From the NCBI RefSeq assembly GCF_009914755.1, contig NC_060932.1: DNA of 64,000 nucleotides; one strand, given 5' to 3'. Below the pieces are notes generated by a model. That model searched no databases, was not told the DNA's origin, and was given only the letters and a program-made list of their open reading frames with translations. Positions 56,365 through 64,000 of the stretch are shown here, piece after piece (the stretch's first letter is position 1; each line of letters starts with the position of its first letter). Made by a program: the position numbers and the translations under genes. The stretch comes from the human T2T-CHM13v2.0 reference genome, Homo sapiens.

Positions 56365-56872
56365 TTATATATATATATATACACACACATATATATCTAC
56401 ACACACACACATATATACACATATAAATCCTGTGCCTATGTGTATATATACGCTTATATAATATATGCATATCTATCTGTAATATAATATCTACGTGTAA
56501 TATATATGTATATATGTGTGTATATATATAAAACTCAGCTACATACAGTCCTTATAATGAAACTATTATATATACACAGATATACAAATGGGAAAATTTG
56601 GGAACTATTTTATATATACAGATATAATTGTCTCTTATAATGTATACATATATGTGTCTGTGTATGTGTATACATACATACACATGTATACATGTTTATA
56701 CATACATGTATGTATACATGTGCATATTACACACATATACACATACACATGTATACTTGCATATATATACATACACATACACATGCCTGCATTTGTATAT
56801 GTACATACTATACACATACACATGCCTGCATGTGTATATGTACATACTATACACACACATGTATACATGTGA
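56365..56872. repeat. Degenerate (TA)n/(CA)n/(TACA)n simple repeats
   Basis: Alternating purine-pyrimidine low-complexity tract with a ~40-bp duplicated unit at 56775-56860. Confidence 0.9.
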
Positions 56873-56877
56873 ATATA

Positions 56878-56924
56878 TTAGGTTGGTGCAAGTGGTTGCA
56901 GTTTTGCCATTACTTTTAATGCCA
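56878..56924. mobile_element. MADE1 (mariner MITE) half
   Basis: TTAGGTTGGTGCAA...TTGCAGTTTTGCCATTACTTTTAATG is one arm plus the centre of MADE1. Confidence 0.75.
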
Positions 56925-56925
56925 T

Positions 56926-57157
56926 TAGATATGTTTAGATGAGCACTTAGCACTGTGCTACAATTGCCTACATTATTCAATACAGTAACCTTCTGTATGG
57001 GCTTGTAGCCTAGAGCAATAGGCTATACCATATTGCCTAGATGTATAGTAGTCTATACTATCTAGGTTTGTGTATATACACTCTATAATGTTCATGCAAT
57101 GACAAAATTGCCTAAGGCTGCATTTCTTAGAACATATCCCATCAAACGACACGACTG
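56926..57157. mobile_element. Tigger3/MER7-type fragment
   Basis: TTGTAGCCTAGAGCAATAGGCTATACCATAT...GCATTTCTTAGAACATATCCC...ACGACTGTA terminus. Confidence 0.8.
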
Positions 57158-57489
57158 TATATGTTTATAAGTATATATAAAGCAGACAACTATTTCACAC
57201 TAAAAATAATCAAGACTTCTTCCTTAAGTACCTCCACATTTTAATCCCCAAAGGAAGATGGCTGATACAGTGTATTAGAGTCTGGGATACTGTATATTGT
57301 GCATTGTATCTGAAAGTAAAATTCTATTGTATGTTGCTAAACGTATACAGAAGCTCACTTTTTTTTTTCTAGGATTGCTCTTCTAATTCAACCTTAACAT
57401 ACAATCATCTTAACACTACAAAATAACTTCAAAATTTTATATGTATATTAAATGCTTCCCTATTATCTCGATATGATTTTATATTTTTA

Positions 57490-57890
57490 TCTGTTGTTTT
57501 AGTCACAGTTTGTTCCAGTAACAGATAACACATTAAAGATTCACAACAAGATACACTTATTTGTTGCTATTGCTGCTTGGAGGCTGCAGACTGACAGAAA
57601 CTTTGGTGGGCTTATCTAGCTTATATGAGGTCACTTTTCCATTTCACACCAAAAAGAATGCCATGCCCCAGACAGGAGCTATTCCTGTCTGGGGCATGGC
57701 ATTCTCTTATGATGGGCAGAGGAAAAGGCAGAACGAAACCATGAAAGGAAAATTTAACATTTCTGCTTGAATGTAGAATAAGTCACATCCACTTGTTTTT
57801 AATTGGTCAAGCAAGTCACGTGCCCAAGCCCAAACTCAAAGAAGTATGGAAGTATGTTTTACCTACAGGGAATCTTGTCAAAGGCAGGAA
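57490..57890 (-). mobile_element. MLT1-type LTR, old
   Basis: ATTGGTCAAGCAAGTCACGTGCCCAAGCCCAAA motif of antisense MLT1J/K. Confidence 0.55.
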
Positions 57891-58115
57891 GGAAGAAAAA
57901 AATAGTAAATAAAGAACGACATCCATCATATTTATTTACATATATTTTAAGCAATTCTGAGAAACTGAAATTGTTTTCCATCTGCTTTCTTGAAATTGCA
58001 CTAGTTTCGATCAGTGTATCATGAACATAATGCCACAGATTTTTAACTTTTAGTCTTTAAATAAGCTGTGTGTTTGTGCATGTGTGTGAATGATTTATTT
58101 AAATAGTCCCTTATT

Positions 58116-58425
58116 GGTTAGGCACAGTGGCTCACACCTGTAATTCCAACAATTTGGGAGGATGAGGCAGGCAGTTCGCTTGAGCCCAAGGGTTTGAGAC
58201 CAGCTTGGACAACATGGCAAGAACCCTGTCTCTACCAAAAATACAAAAATTTGCCAGGAATGGTGGTATCTGCCTGTAGTTCTAGCTAGTCAGGAGACTG
58301 AGGTGGGAGGATCACTTGAACCCAGGAGGTCCAAGCTGCAGTGAGCTGAGATCATGCTGCTGCACTCCAGCCTGGGCAACAGAGTGAGATCCTGTCTCAA
58401 TAAATAAGTAAGTAAATAAATAAAT
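58116..58425 (+). mobile_element. AluJ, full length, with TSD
   Basis: J-type GCTTGAGCCCA and GAGGTGGGAGGATCAC; flanks AAATAGTCCCTTATT / AACTATTCCCTTATT. Confidence 0.92.
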
Positions 58426-58689
58426 AACTATTCCCTTATTGATTAAAATTTATGTTGCTTCAAAAATTTATTATAACAAAGAATGTAGTAATAAACATCA
58501 TGCAACATATATGTCTTTGCCCTCATGACTGTTACTGGAAGGAGGATTCCAAAAAGGATCATTGCTGGATCAAAATAGGTTTGCATTTAGAAATATATTT
58601 TGAAATACAGTATATATTCCAAATAGTAAATATGACAGTTACGTTGAAACAGTTGAAAATATAACAAAGTAAACACTTATTTAACAAAC

Positions 58690-61020
58690 AACTGACTAAA
58701 CAAGTATATTGCCAATATTGGAACTTTTTCCTACCGTATTATTCTCCCAAAATACAATCCTCTCTATCCTGAATCCTATATTATTTACTTATTTATTTAC
58801 AGATTTGCCCTAATCATATGTCTGCATCTCTAATAATGCATTGTTCAATTTTGCCTGTTTTAAAAATTTATATATTAAAAAATGGCAGTATATTATTGTG
58901 ATTTTTTACACAACCAGCGTTATGAGACATCCATATTGATGCATATGTTATAATTCCTGACTTTTTACTATTGTGTGGTATCTCATTATATTAATATAAC
59001 ATGTTATGCATGTATTATCTTCCTGTTGATGTGCAATTGCATTCTCTCTGGTTTAAGGCTATTACCAACAATGTTTCAATGAATATTATTGTACACATGT
59101 CTCCCGGTACACATATATGAAGGTTTCTTTATACTTGAAGGAAAATTTCCAAGGCATGGCCTATATGTATGTTCTACAATACTAGTTAATACTTAGCTTA
59201 GCATAATAGTATATGACTATTTACTAAGGTCCACGTTCTTGCTAACACACATTATGATCAAACTTTATTTAAAATAAACACATACACACATACACAGACA
59301 CATGTGCACACACAAAAATGCATACACACCTCAGTCTGGGAAGGAACATATAGTATTATATATTGTAGTTTTACTTATAAGTTTTCTAAAACATGAGGTT
59401 GAGACCTCTTTTTTCATGTAATCATCTGATCATTCTGTGAAATTCCTTTTCATATCTTTTGCCCATTTATTTTCTCTGATTACTCTGATATTTATCATTT
59501 GTAAATGTTCTATCAATATCCAGCTAACCAATCCTTCATCAATTACTGGTATTAAAAATATGTTCTTTTAGTATCTTACTATTTTTCTTTACATTTTGGT
59601 ATGTTAGTAAGTGGAACTTCTATTGTGGTTAAATTCATCTATCTTTTTCACTATATTTTATGCTTTGTGGTTAGTTAATAAATTTTTTTCTACTTGAAAC
59701 TTATATGAATATTCTCTTGCAGTTATCTCTAAAAGTTTTATACCTCTGTTTTCTGCATTTTAATCTTAATCTGTCAAAATTGATTTTACATATGATTTGA
59801 TTAAGAATACATCCAGCTTAAAATTGTTTTCTGTACAGATTATTTCCCAATAATGTTTTAGAACACAGCATCTTTTCCAGACTAATTTGAATACTCTATC
59901 TCTCATAGAGCAGCTTTGCCATTTAAGCATGGATCTTTTTCTGGCCCCTCTGTTCTGTCTTGTCTGTTTAGTAATATATTCTTTGGCCAGTATCAGAGAT
60001 TCTTAATGACTACATTTTATTGAAAAAACATGACATCAACTGTAAGATGGTACATATGCCATGATACACTGGTTTTTAGCCACTTTGAATTTTTACTCTG
60101 TACTTATTTCAAGGATTTATTTAGATTTCTTCAGGCACATATTTTATTACATTCTACTTTTTTTACATATGTGAAAAGGAAAATTTAAGCAAAATTAAAA
60201 ATTGGGTCAAGTATTCCTAAACCTTATCAACATTCAAAGTTCAAAAAATTCAGAAATACATATTGACTAACAGATATGGAGATCATCTTTTACTATATCT
60301 CTTATACCATCAAGAATGATGCTGATGTAGAATTTCTTAAAATAACTCATAAAGGAACAAAAAGCCATTGTTCATGATTATGCAACAACAAAGAGTTTGC
60401 AATTATAAAGAGTTAGCTTAATTTGACTCCCACTTAGAGAATTTATAACATAGTTCTTATTCAACTCCACCCCCACCCTTCCACATGAAGCCATTTGTTC
60501 TTAGGTTTAAAGGAGTGCTCTATTATTCTTTTGTATCTGGGGGCTTTCTTATCAAACCACTAACATGATACACAAGTTTGATGCTGAAAGATATGGAATT
60601 TTCTCATTAACAACTACTGCATGCAGACTGCTGCCTAGCTGACAGTGATTCTAAGTTGACATATATTCTAAGATGTGTCATGATTTCAGGCATGTTAAAT
60701 ATGAAAATAAATGTGAAATACAGTTTTGTAATTAGCCTATGTATCTTATGGGATGGGAATAGCTTTTTTCTATTCTTAATCATTGACTCTTCTATGTAAA
60801 TTTTAATTTTTATGATAAACCAAGAAGGATGCTGATCAGAAATTCATTGGATTTGTAGGAATTTGTAACCATTATTAAATCAGGTGTTTCTATTCATAAA
60901 CATAGTATATCTCTGCATTTATTAGGTTTTCCTTAATGTGTTTTTAATGATGTTATACAATTTTCTGCAAAAGATCATTGAATATTTTATTTGGATGTAT
61001 CCCAAGTATGATACTTGATA
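58690..61020 (-). mobile_element. L1ME-type remnants with an inserted Tc2-type (Kanga/MER104-like) DNA element at ~60010-60723
   Basis: Antisense old L1 3' motifs. The reverse complement near 60720 (CTGTATTTC...CATATTTAACATGCCTGAAATC...CATCTTAGAAT) resembles the MER104/Kanga terminus. Confidence 0.5.
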
Positions 61021-62544
61021 TATGTTTTCTTTTCTATTTTTAATGTTTTTTAGTTTTTAATTTTTAATTTTTGTGGGTACATAGTGGGTGTATATATTTA
61101 TGGGTTACAGGAAATATTTTGATACAGGCATACAATGCATAATTGTGTTACAAACAACCCAAGTATACTTTTTTAGTTATTTTTAAATGTCCACTAAATT
61201 ATCATTAACTGTAGTCACCTTTTCTGCTATCAAAACTAGATATTATTCCATCTAACTGTATTTTTGTACCGATTAACTATCTTCCCTTCCTACCCCCCAC
61301 TACCCTTCCCAGACTCTGTATCTGTAGTCCAACTCACTATCACCATGAGTTCAATTGTTTTAATTTTTAGCTCCCACAAATGACTGAGAACATGCAAAGT
61401 TTTTCTTTCTGTGCCTGGCACTTATCATAATTCACATAACATAATCACCTCCAGTTTCATCCATGTTCTTGCAAATGACAGGATCTCATTCTTATTTGTG
61501 GCTGAATTGTACTTCATTGAGTACATATACTACATTCTCTTTATCTGTTCATCTATTGGTGGACACTTAGGTTGCTTCCAAGTCTTGTCTGTTGTGAATA
61601 GTGCTGCAATAAATGTGGAAGTACAGATATCTCATCTGCACATGAATTTTCTTTCTTTTAGGTATACACCTAACAGTGAGATTGCTGGATCATGTGATAG
61701 CTCCATTATTAAGTATCTGAGGAACCTCCAAGCTGTTCTCCATAGTAGTTGTACTAATTTACATTCCCACCAACAGTGTATGAGGGTGCCCTTTTCTCCA
61801 CATCCTTGCCAGCATTTCTTATTGCCTGTCTTTGGATAAAAGGCATTTTAATTGGGGTGAGATGATATTTCATTAGTTTCGATTGGCATTTCTTTAATTA
61901 TCAATAATGTTGAGCACTTTTTCATATACTGATTTGCCTTTTATATGTCTTCTTTTGAGAAATGTATTTCTCAAAATGGGCAAAAGAAATTTCAGATCTT
62001 TTGCCCATTTTTGATTGAATTATTAGAATTTTTTTCCTATAGAGTTGTCTGAGCAACTTATATATATCCTGTTTATTAATCCCTTGTCAGATGGATGGTT
62101 TTCAAATATATTCTCTCATTCTGGGGGTTGTCTCTTCATTTTGTTGTTTCCTTTAATGTGTAGAATCCTTTTAACTTGATGTGATCTCATTTGTCCATTT
62201 TTACTTTGGTTACCTGTGCTTGTGGAGTATCACTCCAGAACTTTTTGTCCAGTCCAATGTCCTGGAAAGTTTCTCCAATGTTTTCTTTTAATAGTTTCAT
62301 AGGTTTGGGTCTTAGATTTAAGTCTTCAATACATTTTTATTTCATTTTTGTATATGCCATGCATCTAGTTTCATTCTTCTCCGTAAGGATATCCACTATC
62401 CAGCACCATTTATTGAAGCGATTATCCTTTCTCCAGTATATGTTCTTGGCAACTTTGTTGAAATGAGTTTGCTGTAGATATATAGATTTATTTCTGGGTT
62501 CTCTATTCTTGGCCATTAATCTATATGTCTGTTTTAATGTTAGT

Positions 62545-62922
62545 TTTTTTTTGTTTTGTTTTGTTTGGTTTACAAACAATCTGATTTAATTAGGAAGTTA
62601 AATAAGTTGAGGTGGGGTGGACTGGCATTATCAGAAGGCTGACATGGGATCCCTGGAGTTGGCAATCATAGCAGTGTGGGGTTGGCAAGGGGAGCAACCC
62701 CCTTCAAGGCAAGGCATAAACTATTTGGCAGGCAGAGATGAGGGGTGGGACCTCACTGTCAGTGGATGTGCTCAGGGAAGCCAGTGGGTTACATGCAACA
62801 GGCGGATCATCTAGGCAACCTCAGCTATGAAGCTGGGCATCTGTGAGGGCTGAAGGCTCAGGGTTTTCACAGAGACTTGTGGTTCACCTGGGAGATGCTG
62901 ACGCTTATGACTCTTTCTACTC
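62545..62922 (-). pseudogene. Processed retrocopy of an unidentified mRNA 3' end
   Basis: GC-richer ~350-bp non-L1 block with a minus-strand A-rich tail (62545-62571) and ATTAAA (62585-62590) about 14 nt before it. The L1 sequence rejoins across it. Confidence 0.78.
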
Positions 62923-63375
62923 ACTATGCTGTTTTGGTTACTAAAGCTCTGTAATATAATTTGAAGTCAGGTAATGTGATTCCTCTAGTTTTGTTCTTTT
63001 TGTTCAGGATAGCTTTGGTCTTTTGTGGTTCCACTTAAATTTTAGGATTTTTTTTTTTTTTCTGTGAAGAAGGCCATTGGTATCTTTGTCTCCTCTGCCT
63101 GTGTATTTCAAATAGTCTGTCTTCAAGCTCACTAATTCTTTCTTCTGCTTGATCAGTTCTATTAAGAAGTTATAATGGATTGCTCAATGGGTCAGTTCCA
63201 TTTATCAACTCCAGAAATTCTGCTTGATTATTTTTATTTATTTTGATCTTTTATTAAAGGTATCTGATAGAATTCTGACTTCTTTCTCTGTGTTATCTTG
63301 AGTTTCATTGCATTTTCTCAAAACAAATATTTTGAGTTATCTATCTGAAAAGTCACATATCTCTGTCTCTCCAGG

Positions 63376-63743
63376 TGATATGGTTTGGCTGTGTCATCAC
63401 TGAAATATCATCTTGAATTGTAGCTCCCATAATTCCCACATGTTGTGGGAGGGACCTGGTGGGAGACAATTGAATCATCAGGGCAGTTTCCCCCATACTG
63501 TTCTTGTGGTAGTGAATAAATCTCTCATGATCTGTTGGTTTTATAAGGGGAAACCCCTTTCACTTGGTTCTCATTGTGTCTACCCTACCACCATGTAAGA
63601 TGTGACTTGCTCTTCCTTGCCTTCCACCATGGTGTGAGGCCTCCCCAGCCATGTGGAACTGTGAGTCCATAAAACTTATTTTCTTTATAAATTACCCCAT
63701 CTTGGGTATGTCTTTATCAGCAGCATGAAAATGGACTAATACA
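63376..63743 (+). mobile_element. THE1 solo LTR (THE1B-like)
   Basis: TGATATGGTTTGGCTGTGTC ... GGACTAATACA with 5-bp TSD CCAGG (63371-63375 and 63744-63748). Confidence 0.94.
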
Positions 63744-64000
63744 CCAGGATTGGTTCCTAGTGGTTTATTCAGTTTACTTGTTAAATTCCTGTTTTCCTGG
63801 ATGGTCTTAATGTTTGTGGTCATTTATCAGTGCCTGGGCATTGAAGAGTTAAGTATTTATTATAGTCCTCAGAATTTGAGCTTGTTTGTATCCGTCCTTC
63901 TTGGGAAGACTTTCCAAGTATTCAAAGGGATTTGGGTGTTGCACTCTACTTTTGGTCTCTGCAGCTATATCTGCATTAAGGGGCACACCAAGCCCAATAA

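Larger units (their letters stand above)
61035..64000 (-). mobile_element. L1MA-type element (3' end at ~61040), internally deleted near 63085, carrying two later insertions
   Basis: TTTTTGTGGGTACATAGTGGGTGTATATATTTATGGG 3' end; ORF2 remnant KDNRFNKWCW; switches to 5'-region sequence after ~63085. Confidence 0.85.

Noticed and set aside
56588-56980. Five overlapping Tyr/His/Thr/Cys-rich ORFs
   Set aside because: Translations of the TA/CA simple repeat.

Overview
AT-rich, repeat-dense primate (human or great-ape-like) genomic DNA. It opens inside a young, nearly intact sense-strand L1 (L1PA2-like: ORF1 open; ORF2 broken by one nonsense codon and one 1-nt deletion). The rest is a typical mix of Alu, older L1, MaLR/ERV LTR and DNA-transposon fossils. 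I see no intact host protein-coding gene. The main non-repeat signal is a decayed multi-exon gene on the + strand: eight candidate exons from about 4.9 to 33.5 kb or beyond, with AG/GT boundaries and mostly matching splice phases. Their joined ~440-codon translation has at least 11 in-frame stops and resembles a divergent Dbl-family DH-PH (RhoGEF-like) module. It is a candidate unprocessed, possibly unitary, pseudogene that I cannot name. Smaller oddities: a ~20-bp Alu 3'-end insertion with a perfect 16-bp TSD, an unidentified mRNA 3'-end retrocopy inside an L1, and an AT-rich tract bounded by inverted arms. Repeat subfamily and domain calls come from recalled consensus sequences, and no searches were run. 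Repeat boundaries are approximate unless a TSD is given.
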